Assembly (NCBI GenBank): GCA_977862235.1
Contig: OZ374561.1
Location: 124,001-188,000, forward strand
DNA: 64,000 nucleotides
Direction: 5' to 3'
Source: Dudresnaya verticillata
Lineage: Eukaryota
The notes beneath the pieces are model-generated. The model was not told the origin of the DNA. It did not search any database and saw only the letters and a program-made list of their open reading frames with translations. The position numbers were made by a program, and so were the translations under genes. Shown here piece by piece: positions 1-11,451 of this stretch. Every line of letters starts with the position of its first letter. Position 1 is the stretch's first letter.

Positions 1-178
1 GTCGTGATGACCAGTCTCTAAAAAGCAGTCATTTGCATGTGCCACATTCTTTTAATAGCTTTTGCCATTTCGAAGAACTGTCCTATTTTTGCCCCAGCTG
101 GTTTCATGTAAGACCCTTACTTCCGTTGTTGATAGTCTCGGCGGCTGCAAAACCCCGATCTTGGCGCAGCGAGGGACT

Positions 179-2236
179 TCATAGACCTGTTCGTACAGAA
201 CTGCGAAGTAGAATATTGGCACTCTTCGCAGTGCTAGCTCCTCCTCCAAAGCAAGTGAAAGTCGCCGCGGGAAAAGCGAGCAATTCCCAGAGGGCATAGT
301 GCGCTCCCTGCATTTGTAACGTGCGTATACGCCGAGTGAAGTGTGTGTATGTCATAAGATCTCCTGTGCCCTCTCCAGCTGTCGGAGTCACTAAGCTATT
401 GCTTTTCAGCAGTTCTCGGCTTGCGCTCATTATGGCGTCTGAAAGCGAGTGGAAATGTTCCCTGTTGCAGATCGGTCTTGGTAAATCACAGAAGTCATTC
501 CGTTTTCCTTTCTAAGGGTCGCCCTATCGGCAGTCGTGTATTCACCGAACAACAACAAATCTTCTGAACTGTCTATTCTATCCCGCTTGCATTCGACAAT
601 ATCTTCAATCTTGAGGTCAACAATCAATGTTTTATTGAACAGGTCGAGGACCGTCCAGTCTTCAGATTCAGAGCTCGCCCAGGAAATCTTGGGCTGCAAT
701 GAACCAAGAATTGCCCTCACGAGAACAACAGCATCCATGCCGACAACGACATCATAGCTCGAATGATTCCAAGATATTTCCGAATATTGAACACCTCGAA
801 TGACGAACCATCTCGCCGAGTTCACGAAACGTTCGACCATATAAACATACTCTGAATGCCCCCATGAACCCGTTCCGTCTCCATAAGCTCAGGTTACGAG
901 CTACTTCGGCAAGAACATCATCTACATTGCGCCGTGGTCCCATGATCCACCCAAACTGAGTTGCGACAGGTCCTAACCTACCATAGTTCTGGAGCCTCGA
1001 GAAGACATGTTTGCAGTTGTCATAAACGTCAACCTCCGGTGCTGTGTTGAAGCCATCCGCTTTCTATACGGTTATCATCTCTACCCAAATCCAAGGGCTC
1101 GTCCATGCATGCCCAAAACTGAAGTCCCCATCTCCGACAAACACAACACTTAGACGTGCGTAGGGGAAAAGCCCATACTCGTACCATTCGTTTCCATCGG
1201 AAAAATTCTCTCTGTGCAGATTCTGACCTATCCAAACTCTGACTTCCGTGTAGTCATCCATGTAGGGAATTGCACGGACCGCAGTCCAAATAGCCTCTGC
1301 TTGTAATTTGCTAATTGTGCCATCTTCTGTTGGCTTGGAGATATGTTTACACGAGACTGCTACATGCATGATGCAGAACATTGTTTTCCATTTCATAGCG
1401 CACAGGGGTTTGCTCACGATATTGCCGTTTTCCCACGAGCAGCAAATCGTTGAGAACCTTAGCATTATCACCCAGTTTTAGTTTCCCGCTGATGCGACAT
1501 CGTTCTGTCTGTTCTGCCCTCCCATGACAAGTCTCAAATAGTTTACTCTCTGGATTCGGTCGATGTATTAGGATTCGCAAGACACAGAGATCATATCTTG
1601 GTAGGGTGCCACCATCGTTTTCAAGAGAAACCCCTTCTGGCCATGAGCGATAGTCATGCCGTACTATGATCTCCAGAAAAAGTGCACATTTGACTTCAGC
1701 GGAAAATGTCGGCGGAACAGCCAAGGGATGTGTGTAGATTGGTGAGAGAACTTGCCTCTCGTCCGGCCTTGCCGCTAGCCATAATATTATAATTGCGGCG
1801 ACGTGTTGAAGGCAGCAGCCATTGTAGATAAACCATTTGGAAATAAAGTGAAGCGAAATGGTGAGCCCTCATATTCTGGAATCAGCTCTTGGAGCAGGTC
1901 TGAAGGGGATGCGCTTTAGAAGGTCACGTGATTCACAATCCAAAAAGTTTGTAGAACATTTTCCAATGACAATGGAGAAGTTGATGAAGCCTTTCTTTGG
2001 CAAACAACTACTTGGGTATCTATATATCTGCCGTAAAACACTGAGTTCTTCGAGCATGGCACTATGAATGGAGATATTAGAACAGGAGCAAATTCAGAAG
2101 AAAAACATTCGCAGTGCCCAACGGAGATTCTTAGTATGTGGCACCTGTAAAGGCCAAACAAAAGAATGGCAAAGAAGATAGAGTGCGGAGGGGTCGCGGA
2201 ATTCATATTATTGCTCTTGGAATCGTCACAATCCAT
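179..2236 (-). pseudogene. Possible degraded gene of unknown family (chain of broken ORFs)
   Basis: Successive protein-like minus-strand ORF pieces (1869-2057 and 1347-1724 in one frame separated by a stop; 1064-1471, 752-943, 430-840 and 179-430 in other frames) suggest frameshifts and stops in a former CDS. No family recognised. Confidence 0.25.
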
Positions 2237-3061
2237 AGTGTTTGAAACAATATTTTGTCCGACCCATTTCGGGGTGTTCCAGGAAAGAAGAGATACTGCA
2301 TGGCATAATCAAAATGGGAATGTTATGTCGATATGCCCTTCATTCAAAAATGCTATGACGTATCATAACAATTAGAATTCTCAGGAAAATCTGACGGAGA
2401 ACTTTCGGAAATAACACGAAGGCCTGATAGTATCTGTCGGACTGGAAGTCCAAGGGCATCATGTACGTAGCAATAGAACTCTTTAGGGCTTTTGGTATAT
2501 ATATATATTTTAATGGGAGCGTCACTATTGTTGCAGGAAGGGTTTGAAACAGAGAAGCAAACAATGCCTCAACTCTAGATTTACATACCTACGATTCATA
2601 GGCTGTGGATGACTTTTTCAGGAATAGAACAAAAACTGCATTTAACCCGAAGTTGACCGGAAGCTGACAGTTGCAAGTACCTTCAATATCGAGGGCAGAT
2701 GCTCATTCTGGGTTGAAGTGATCTCTGGGAGGTAATATATGCTTAGCTTACGAGCAGTCCTGTCCGCCCTCAGCACCACACTTCAAGTCCTGTTGTTGGT
2801 CTTGATGGGGGCTGCCAGGCGGCGAAATACTCGCGCAAGTCGAGCACACCGTGGCAGGAATTATTTTGTAGCAGGAATTAACAAAAATCTGACATCACGA
2901 CGACAAACTGCACACAGCTGCTCTCGCCCCCAGCAACGGGATCGACACAGCGAGTGCGTCAACGAGTGAGAGCAACTTGTGTTCCCACGCCGAAAGGAAC
3001 CTACTTTTCGCGCATGCGATGTCTCGCAGTCTCTAGCTGATCACTTACTGACTCTACCGCC

Positions 3062-4855
3062 ATGCAAGCTCAAGCTCATGCTTCAGGCAGGGGTTGTACG
3101 AGGTTACCCACAGTCCTTCTTGACTTGCCGGACGAGATTCTGAGCAGAGTGCTGACCAACCTGCTTGGGTCTGCAAATGGACTTCAAGGGCGGTCGCTAT
3201 CAGCGGCAAGAAACGCTTTCGCTTTGGCTCTCTCTTGCCAGCGCTTGTTCGAACTCTTCCGAGCTATGCTGCACACAATCGACCCTCGTTCCTCCACGAA
3301 TCCCCATGTTGCAGTCATGCTTTCGCCATGCCTAGCGGCTCCACATCTCACCGCGGTTCTGCGCATGGCACAGCACACACTGCGTATGTGCAGACTACCC
3401 ACCGTTTGCGCTCCATATAACTGCGAATTGTTGCTTGCCGTTGCCAGACAATGTCCGGAGCTGGTTGAACTTGCGTTTACCGGGGAGCACGGACTCACGG
3501 AAGACGTTGCAAAATCCCTCTTCTCGAGATGCAAGAAGTTACAGACCGTGCACGTTCTCGAGCCGGGTTTCTCAGTACTTGGTGCCTTGGCTTCTTCTCA
3601 GCCTCTGCGCAGCGTTACGCTACTAGCGATTTGCCCTGAACACGTTCGTGACCTTATCCACTTCCTTTCTGAACGAGGGGGGTGTTTATCATTTCTTCAC
3701 GTTGGTTTCGATGTGGAAAGTCAGGGAGTTGGGCATGTCCCAGCCATGCAGAAGCTTGAGACAATCACTAATACTTTCTTCTGTTTCGTGAGGAAAAGCA
3801 TGAAGACGACACTTCCTCTGCTCGAAACTCTTCATTTCGATACGTCGATTTCTCATTTCGTCGAGCACTCGTACTTTGCCATTTACTGCGAGACTCTGGC
3901 CATGCTTGTGCAAGAGGTTTCTGATGGCATTGCAACTGCACGCCAGCTTCGAGAGCATCACCCCAATGCGTTTGGACTGCGAAAAATCAGAGTGAGGTCC
4001 ATTGAGGACATGATTCCGAAATGCCTTGAGGGGTTATCCGGTCTTCTTTCGGAAGACACGGAAGTATCTTTTCAGTTCCCAGGTGCAGAACTCAAGTTCG
4101 TTGCGAGGGATTCAACAGCGTTTGCTCGCCGTGCGCCTTACTTTCGATATCTTCAGCTGGGAGACGATTTCGAGCTGTATCTTGAAGAGTTTACTGGACA
4201 GCTAGATTGCTTGGAGACCCTCGACCTTGGCAGCAGTTCGACTCTTGCCTTGTATACGCAAGAAGTAACAATGGAAAAGAGTCACGCATTGCAGGCACTC
4301 ACACAAGCTGCTGGTGCCCACCTGAGGGAGGTACGATGTCTTTTCCCGCTAACGGCCGATGACACTGAACAAGTCGAGATGTACCTGGGGGATGCACTGG
4401 AGTATTGTCCTGCAGTATCCTGCCTTCAACTTCCATGTGAGTTCATCAACGTTGTTCATGATGCACCGGAGCGATTCCTCCGGTCTTTGGCAGCAGCGCA
4501 AGGACTCAAAGCTCTGCGCTTGACATCGAATTGCTTCAACTCCATACGTGAAGCAGCGAATCAGCCTGTCGATTACGCAGATATTGCTCACAAATCACCG
4601 TTACTTTTGAGCCGCATCGGTGGCTTATTCCCTCAGTTAAGATGTTTGCAGCTGGAATCGCTTGGTAGGCCCATTCTTTCGCAACGGTCATCGACAGAGC
4701 CGCCAGTGCTCCAAATAATTCGCACTGCCAAGGCATCTCTTTTGTCCCTTGAGGAAGAGCTTCCTGCTCTTGATACTGAAAGCTTCAAAACGCAACTTTT
4801 AGGGTTCGAAGCGAGCGATATCGATTCTGTTCAACGCAAAGAAGAATTGAGATGA
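3062..4855 (+). CDS. F-box-like protein with LRR-like body (paralog of 50579..52300)
   Basis: 597 aa ORF. N-terminal LLDLPDEILSRVLTNL fits the F-box pattern; LRR-like segments (CPELVELAF, CKKLQTVHV, LETLDLG). Shares GRxLSxARxAF, FDTS, FQFPGAEL, PYFRY and ETLDLGS with 50579..52300. Confidence 0.8.
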   Translation: MQAQAHASGRGCTRLPTVLLDLPDEILSRVLTNLLGSANGLQGRSLSAARNAFALALSCQRLFELFRAMLHTIDPRSSTNPHVAVMLSPCLAAPHLTAVLRMAQHTLRMCRLPTVCAPYNCELLLAVARQCPELVELAFTGEHGLTEDVAKSLFSRCKKLQTVHVLEPGFSVLGALASSQPLRSVTLLAICPEHVRDLIHFLSERGGCLSFLHVGFDVESQGVGHVPAMQKLETITNTFFCFVRKSMKTTLPLLETLHFDTSISHFVEHSYFAIYCETLAMLVQEVSDGIATARQLREHHPNAFGLRKIRVRSIEDMIPKCLEGLSGLLSEDTEVSFQFPGAELKFVARDSTAFARRAPYFRYLQLGDDFELYLEEFTGQLDCLETLDLGSSSTLALYTQEVTMEKSHALQALTQAAGAHLREVRCLFPLTADDTEQVEMYLGDALEYCPAVSCLQLPCEFINVVHDAPERFLRSLAAAQGLKALRLTSNCFNSIREAANQPVDYADIAHKSPLLLSRIGGLFPQLRCLQLESLGRPILSQRSSTEPPVLQIIRTAKASLLSLEEELPALDTESFKTQLLGFEASDIDSVQRKEELR

Positions 4856-5364
4856 TTTCTTGCTGGGAACGTGGCCGGCTGGTATTCTGAACACGACCGG
4901 CTTCCATACAGATACGGAAGAACGCGCCCTACCCGTATTAGAGTTTTTGGTCTTTCTGTACACTGACTGGATGAAAAGGTTTATCCCCCAAAGAGTCTTG
5001 AGAGATAGACGATTGAGATCAATCGAACCAACGGGTCTGCGCAGTTTCTTGAGGTGCTTCTTGGTCTCCCTCTTCTCGCCTTGGCCTTTTTTGGTGCCAA
5101 TTGCAAAATACGTGAACCTGTGCTCGCGCTGGAGCGAAGGAGCGATGGAAGAGAGTCAAATCCAGCAGAAATGAACAAATTTTTGTTGGTTTGTTGGATC
5201 CATGCGACAGACAAAAGGGGCAAAGTCGTGGGTTAGAGCTTCGCTATTAGATTTTGCACATGGCACAAAGCGTTCCGACCAAAGCCGGTGACCATGGAGG
5301 GATGATCGCTTCCTTTCTTCCATGGAATCACAATGCAGCTGATGTGATTTCATTGAAAAAGCAT

Positions 5365-6165
5365 TCAATCCGGTACCGGCGTCATCGCCATGGAAAGAAT
5401 TGAAGGAACGGCAACTATGAGCCCATTGACCAAGACAAATCGCTTGGTATCAAGTACAGCCCAAAGACCTAGGGCGAATGCCAACAGCGGGGAACCGAAT
5501 ACCCAGGTGTTGTACCAGATTATCTCCAAGTAGATGAGGCATTCTCTTGGCGGGAGAACATCCCCGTCAACGTGTTCACCGTTTGTGCCAATGTCTTCAA
5601 CTGGAAACGGTGTGCTTACGGCGTCCTGAGGCTCGTAGAGATGCTTGAGGTTCACATGTTTAATGCGGAAGGCAGCTTCGACCAATCCCGCGACGGAGGT
5701 GCAAATGAGGATAATTGAGTCTGCAGCAAACGAGGCCGGGCATGCAAAAGGGCTATACCTAACCCACCAGCGCACTGCAGCAGCCAAGGCCGGGGCGAGA
5801 GTTATCAGTGCAAAGAAGAAGTAGAAGACTGCAAAGGATGGGCCAACCTCTGGCTTGTAGCGGGGATGGCATTGCACGCACATGGCGACGGTGGTCTTGA
5901 TAGCTTCCGCAAGCAAAGAAGCAGCTGCAGCGGCGACAGCGAAGGATATGGCGGTTACGGCGAGGCCTGGACATGCTCGAAAGTTGCGAATGGTTAGAAC
6001 AGCCACGGCAAGGCCACAGCCCACCTCGATCAGGAAGAGGAGCACCTTGCAAAACTCAGAGAGTCGCCGCGTCAGGATCTTCTCAGAAAATGGAAGCGAG
6101 ACTTTGGCCAATGCGACAGCGATGTGGGCGGCCACTAAGTACGGAATGACATCGCTCGCCGTCAT
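5365..6165 (-). CDS. Multi-pass (~7 TM) membrane protein, unknown function, copy 1
   Basis: ATG at 6165 (MTASDVIPYL) chosen by alignment with the paralog 8078..8989; 266 aa; about 7 hydrophobic segments; shared FALGxWAxxDxxRFVLVNGLIV C-terminal motif. Confidence 0.85.
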   Translation of the reverse strand: MTASDVIPYLVAAHIAVALAKVSLPFSEKILTRRLSEFCKVLLFLIEVGCGLAVAVLTIRNFRACPGLAVTAISFAVAAAAASLLAEAIKTTVAMCVQCHPRYKPEVGPSFAVFYFFFALITLAPALAAAVRWWVRYSPFACPASFAADSIILICTSVAGLVEAAFRIKHVNLKHLYEPQDAVSTPFPVEDIGTNGEHVDGDVLPPRECLIYLEIIWYNTWVFGSPLLAFALGLWAVLDTKRFVLVNGLIVAVPSILSMAMTPVPD

Positions 6166-6720
6166 TACTGGTTGGGTCTGTTGTGGGATTCTGCTCAACT
6201 TGATGTAGAATGTGCGGGTGCAATATTGGCTGCCTGTAGTTACGACGGCCGGGTGGAGTGGGATGCGCTAGGGGGGATTTCTGGCCGCAACGGGGCTTAG
6301 CGAGCGCTTGCTTGGAGGGTGGGCGCGTTACTCTGGCTTTGACGCAGGCTAGCACTCAATTGCTTCGCACGAGCGGGCAGGTTGTGCCATAAGGGCAGCC
6401 ATGTACATGAAGGGTGGCTCCATTGCAGGAGACATAAAATGAAGGCCACGTTCACCTTCAGGACCAGAGGGTGATCCCCGCGTAACATTGGCAGATGTTC
6501 TCTGCTTGCGGTGCTGTTGCTGGTAGCAGGTCGTGTAACGTTGGGGTATTGCAAACAAATGAGCAGAAGACATGACACGCTGGAGTGCGGAAAGGTTCGA
6601 GGTCATGCACTCTTCTTATGTCGGATGGCGCCTTGCAACTGGACAAACATGAATGTTGTTTCTGTTGAGATAGACGCTGTTCCAAAACGAAACCTGGGGC
6701 GTCCAGGTAAAGATAAATCT

Positions 6721-7179
6721 CTAATCTTTGAGACCAAAGACTGATCCCTGCCTTGCAGCGCACCAATCACAGGCTTTCAATTGTGACTTGCCAGCAGTGC
6801 AGCACAGTTGCCTTTCTGCAACATTATTGGAGAACTGCCGAAGGGTTACAGTCACTCTGATGCACCCTCGTGACCCATTCTCGCAATGACTCCTTTCGGG
6901 AGTCATGCGAGGATCGCCATTGATCCTTCTCCGCCATTGCTCGTTAATGCTTCTTGACAAGCCCATTTCCGACTCACTCACAGCGCCATCTCTCCTCGGC
7001 AATGACATCTGCCACACGTCGCCAACACAATCCATAGACTCGCAAAAGTCGGGCCCGCAGCGTCGCTGTACACCGAGCACTCCCCAACGCGCCAGATGCG
7101 TACTCAGCCAAAGCAGCCAAACGATGAGCGGCAAACCACAAAGGAGCAGTGCATGGCGGTTTACGGGCCGGGAGACCAT
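6721..7179 (-). CDS. Possible small Cys-rich protein with N-terminal signal anchor
   Basis: 152 aa from the ATG at 7179; hydrophobic ALLLCGLPLIVWLLWLS near the N-terminus and several Cys. No homology recognised. Confidence 0.25.
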   Translation of the reverse strand: MVSRPVNRHALLLCGLPLIVWLLWLSTHLARWGVLGVQRRCGPDFCESMDCVGDVWQMSLPRRDGAVSESEMGLSRSINEQWRRRINGDPRMTPERSHCENGSRGCIRVTVTLRQFSNNVAERQLCCTAGKSQLKACDWCAARQGSVFGLKD

Positions 7180-8077
7180 GACACATCTTGCCACAACCCT
7201 GGTAACGGTGCCACAGACTGTGAAGCTCGTGTCGGACTTGACCTTGCGCTGCACAAATCCCTGCCTATACCGCGTAACGGTTCATCTTGGCCACAGTAGC
7301 AGCGTTTCACTTTGCCCAGAACTGGCTGATGGTGCCGTGGCCCACCTTCTACGCATGCGGCTTGCCGTGTCACCACTGGAGGCCCGAAGCTGAGGAGAAC
7401 CATACATGATTACCAGAAGTCTCATGCCATGTTTGGTCTATAGCTGGTCGCATGGCAACGGACTTGTTTCAGACTTGTGTGTGCAAGCAAACGCCACAAA
7501 AAAGTAAGACACATTACACCCAATACACGAGTGAACCACACCGTGGCAAACTTCTGAGAAATACCCTGCGTTTTCCGTTGATGGTGTACGAGCCCAGAAG
7601 GCTTGAGATGCTAGTTGGGGACATTTGGGTTGATTAATCTCGTCCACCATGCACCGCTGCACCCTGTAGAGCTTGTGTATCGGAGGTTAGTCACTGACAT
7701 CAATCGCAGTCGAACGAAAGCCCACGAAACAACCTTGCATCTAAAGAGACGATTTAGCTTGCTCTCGTTCGCCACGTTTCTCTACTTGCTCACGGTTACT
7801 GTCGAATCGTTCGGTGCTTCTGTGAACATATTTGAATGGAGCACGTTCCTTAGCAAATGCTCATGGGCAAACGGTACCAAAGATATCAATACACGGAGCA
7901 AAGAGCCCAAACATGACTCTTCCAAGACCCAGGGTTCTGTAACATGTTGATCAAGACACAATCAGAAGTCAGTCAGCTGCCCGAGTTCGTCAACTCATGG
8001 TGATCTAAACGAGAACATCACGCAAGAAACGGGCAACAACAATCCCCTCCCGCCGTGCAGGCTGCTCGAGGTGCGCA

Positions 8078-8989
8078 TTATGCAAGCGCTACCCAGTCTA
8101 CATATGTCGTCAACATAGCAAGAACGGGGGGGAACAAAACAATAAGCCCATTGACTAGGACAAATCGCATCTTGTCAACCGCTGCCCAAACTCCAAGTGC
8201 AAAAGCCAAGATGCCGAAACCTATGGGCCATCCCACGGTCCAGTAAAACCAAATGGCAAGAAACAAGGATTCGGCAAACAAGCGCACCGTGTTCCCAACT
8301 CTGTTTGTCCCGTTTTCATTTTGTTCCGTACTTTGGACATAGACATCTGACTCGCCATGTGGGACCGCCTCACGCTCAACTAGTTGGGTTTGCTCTCCGG
8401 AATCAAAAACCCAAGCCTGCGGTTGAACAACGATTCCCTCCTGTACTGCGTAGTCATTCAGAACCCTTCGGACAGCATGTCGGGAAGCAAGAAAAGCCTC
8501 TATCATCACGGCCACAGAAGCACCTATCACAACAATAGAGTCCAAAATAAATGTCTGGGGGCATGTGGAGGCAGTAGCTCTGCCCCACCAACGTGTTGCA
8601 GCCACGGTAAACGGAACTAACGCGAAGACTGCGATAAGGGTGCTCATGCTGCAGAGCGGGAAGACAGAACTGAATTGGTCGTATTCTCCGTAGTGATGAA
8701 TGTAGATGATGGCAACCGTTTTCAGGGCTGCCAATAGCAGCATCGTCACAGAGGCCATTAGCGCAAACGAGATGGCTGCTGTGGCTAAAGCAGAACAAGT
8801 GCTAAAGTTGCGCAGTGTTAGGACACCAACCGCAAGACCGCAGAAAGCTTCGACCAGAAGGGCAAAAACCAGGTAAATCTCGAACAAGCGATGCTTCACG
8901 CTGCCCCGTAAGAACTTGGGATGAACTTTCGCAACGGAGACCAGTACATGGGCAACCACCAAATACGGGATGACCTCACTAGCCGTCAT
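8078..8989 (-). CDS. Multi-pass (~7 TM) membrane protein, unknown function, copy 2
   Basis: 303 aa starting MTASEVIPYLVVAH; colinear similarity to 5365..6165 along its whole length. Confidence 0.85.
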   Translation of the reverse strand: MTASEVIPYLVVAHVLVSVAKVHPKFLRGSVKHRLFEIYLVFALLVEAFCGLAVGVLTLRNFSTCSALATAAISFALMASVTMLLLAALKTVAIIYIHHYGEYDQFSSVFPLCSMSTLIAVFALVPFTVAATRWWGRATASTCPQTFILDSIVVIGASVAVMIEAFLASRHAVRRVLNDYAVQEGIVVQPQAWVFDSGEQTQLVEREAVPHGESDVYVQSTEQNENGTNRVGNTVRLFAESLFLAIWFYWTVGWPIGFGILAFALGVWAAVDKMRFVLVNGLIVLFPPVLAMLTTYVDWVALA

Positions 8990-9888
8990 ACCTTGCCTGG
9001 CACGGTGGAAGGGGTTTCAGCTGGAGTTAATGTGCTGCGACAGTTGCTTGGAGGCGATTTTGTTTGCAGAAGGAATGCAGGGTCGAGTCGCAGCAGCGGT
9101 TGGGGGTGACGCCGAATTGACTTGCATGACAAGGATATTGCGCCGGGAGCAATAAAGACCGACTCCAATTTTCCTTGCCTGACGTACCACATGCTGCGAT
9201 GTCATCAATGCGTTGGGAGGCACCTACGCAGATGGAGAGCCACACAGCCTTCGCGCCCGCCCAGGGAGTTCTGAACCCTCTCAAAAGCTCAGACACGAGA
9301 AAAAGGGTGCGGTTGATCTCTTGGCATAGGGTTGGGTTCTGCTGACAGTAAAGGCTGACAGTAATTCGTATTACAAGAACGACTAAAGCCGAGAATTCGA
9401 CAAATTAAATCCTGTCAATTAGGAGCTGCAACGCTGCCTCAGGCAGCAGTGCAAACCGTTCTCTGCAACTTCATTGGAGCACATCGTGCTGAGGGAATTC
9501 TTGCCCGACCCGGAACTGTAAGCATGCCAAGATTACCCAAAAACTAACATTGCATTACAGTTTGATCCGGACAGTTCTCAGGTCACGGAATTGATCCGCC
9601 TGCCCTGGAATCGTTCGAGCCGCGATTTCCCGACCGGCGCTGCGACAAACCTTTGTTCTTCGAAGCTTCTTGTCGTTCTCTTCCCGGGCAACCGTCATAT
9701 TCTTCCCGAGAAACTGTCTCCGGTCACCGCAAGGCGCCCCCAAAACCCCTTTTCAGCTGGCCCCCTTTCGCCCTCCCGCCGTCTCGCCCTTCCACCATGT
9801 CTTCCCTCCCCCTATCTTGTAAACCCACACAGCCCCCCGCGCAACCTGCACGTACTCAACTAACAAACTTTGTCTTCCCAACCCAACC

Positions 9889-11451
9889 ATGTCTGACCCT
9901 CCGCAAGAGCTTTTCGTACTAGAAGATCCTGCCGCCTCGTCGGTGGCCGCCGCTGCCTCGCTTCCGAGTGTCTCGCAAGTTTTCTACGAGTTGAAGAACA
10001 ACCTGGAAGCGACGTCCACCTTGTCCAACGGCCTACTGGAGACCTTCCGTTCCAATTCGGTTCCTTGCGCCACTCTAGTTCGTACCTGTGCCGTCCTGTC
10101 GGCTGCCGCAATTGAGCTCGAACCGTTCCGCCCGCCCACCCATGCGCATGCCACGTCTCATCCTCGTCTCATCACGGGCACGGCAGACTCTCTGCTTCGC
10201 TTGCAAGCCTCCTTGACCTGGCTTCAGGAGTCATGCAACACTAATGGCTCATCTCGCCGCCGCCTCCTGCGCTTCATGCGCGAGTCGAACACAAAGAGCA
10301 CGCTAGTCGCTATGCGCACCGAAGCGGCCCGTCTGGAGAACCATTTGCTGTACTTGGTCACCGAGCTGGTCAACCTTGTAGAAGAATCGTCTTCCGAAGA
10401 CATCGGAGAGTTTGAGAACCCCGAACGCCAGTCTCGCATGCACGAAACTTGCGAGGTGCAGTCCGGGCCTAACATGGTTGTTGTGCATGCGATGACGGCG
10501 GTGTCCATCAACAGTCCTGTGCGTAGTGTTGCGGTGGAAAAATCGCTGGTACTGTTCGGGACTCAAGATGGCTCCGTTGGGATTGTCAACTTACGTACGG
10601 GAGAGCTTCTTCGTGTCGACACCTGCCACGAGGGCGTGGCTGTCACCGCTGTCGCTTTGTCACCGGATGAGAACTTTTTTGTCACGGGCGGTGCAGATGG
10701 TACCGTGAAGATTTGGTCGGTCTTCTTTGGTACGCTGAAGATGGAGGCTATCGATGATAATGGCGAGAATGCTCGTCCACATGCGGAGTGCTTGCGCTCG
10801 ATTTTTGTTACGTCAGGCGGCGACGTCATCTCCTCCGAGGATGTGGCTGGCAACTGCAGTATTTGGCACATCGACTGGTCGGCTCTGGTCATAGTTAGAG
10901 GAACCGGATCCAAGCACGAAACGAGTTTAACCATGGAGCCCGCAGAAGAGGGAGAAGTTGAGTTCAGGTTGGACTTGGGCGCTGAAGCGAGATTTGTGTC
11001 GAGGAATACTGGGCTGAATGTGATTTGCGAGGACGAAGACGAGTCGCTGGGGGTTGACGAGAGCCCTACTACGTTGGCTAGTAGCGGTCGGAGTCTTATC
11101 AGTTGCATCGCCTGGTCTATCGACCAGCAAAAGGTTGTGATCGGGCTCACGGACGGAAGCATGGATACCTTCTTCCAGGGCTCTAGTGAAGTGAGACCTG
11201 TCCCCGAAGTGCATGACGGGGCGGTTACAGCTCTCTGTTTGAATCCAGAGGGCAGCATCCTCGTGTCTGGAGCGTCTAGCGGAAGCTTGTGGATGTTTGA
11301 TATTGGGAACGCAGTCTCTGGAACGCATGAGCTGGAAGGGCACTCAGGTGCAATCAATTGCATTGGTATGTCGAACCTTTGTGAGTTCATTGTGACGGGA
11401 TCAGACGATTGCTCGATGCGAATTTGGAACATCAGCCACAGCCCCTTCTAA
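9889..11451 (+). CDS. WD40-repeat protein with N-terminal helical (MLKL-4HB-like) domain
   Basis: 520 aa. At least 6 WD repeats (e.g. VTAVALSPDENFFVTGGADGTVKIWS, HDGAVTALCLNPEGSILVSGA, GHSGAINCIGMS...VTGSDDCSMRIWNI). The N-terminal ~165 aa look helical. C-rich leader precedes the ATG. Confidence 0.9.
   Translation: MSDPPQELFVLEDPAASSVAAAASLPSVSQVFYELKNNLEATSTLSNGLLETFRSNSVPCATLVRTCAVLSAAAIELEPFRPPTHAHATSHPRLITGTADSLLRLQASLTWLQESCNTNGSSRRRLLRFMRESNTKSTLVAMRTEAARLENHLLYLVTELVNLVEESSSEDIGEFENPERQSRMHETCEVQSGPNMVVVHAMTAVSINSPVRSVAVEKSLVLFGTQDGSVGIVNLRTGELLRVDTCHEGVAVTAVALSPDENFFVTGGADGTVKIWSVFFGTLKMEAIDDNGENARPHAECLRSIFVTSGGDVISSEDVAGNCSIWHIDWSALVIVRGTGSKHETSLTMEPAEEGEVEFRLDLGAEARFVSRNTGLNVICEDEDESLGVDESPTTLASSGRSLISCIAWSIDQQKVVIGLTDGSMDTFFQGSSEVRPVPEVHDGAVTALCLNPEGSILVSGASSGSLWMFDIGNAVSGTHELEGHSGAINCIGMSNLCEFIVTGSDDCSMRIWNISHSPF

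Noticed and set aside
10563..11432. 289-aa antisense ORF over the WD40 gene (and similar antisense ORFs over other genes)
   Set aside because: Shadow ORFs produced by codon bias of the real gene.
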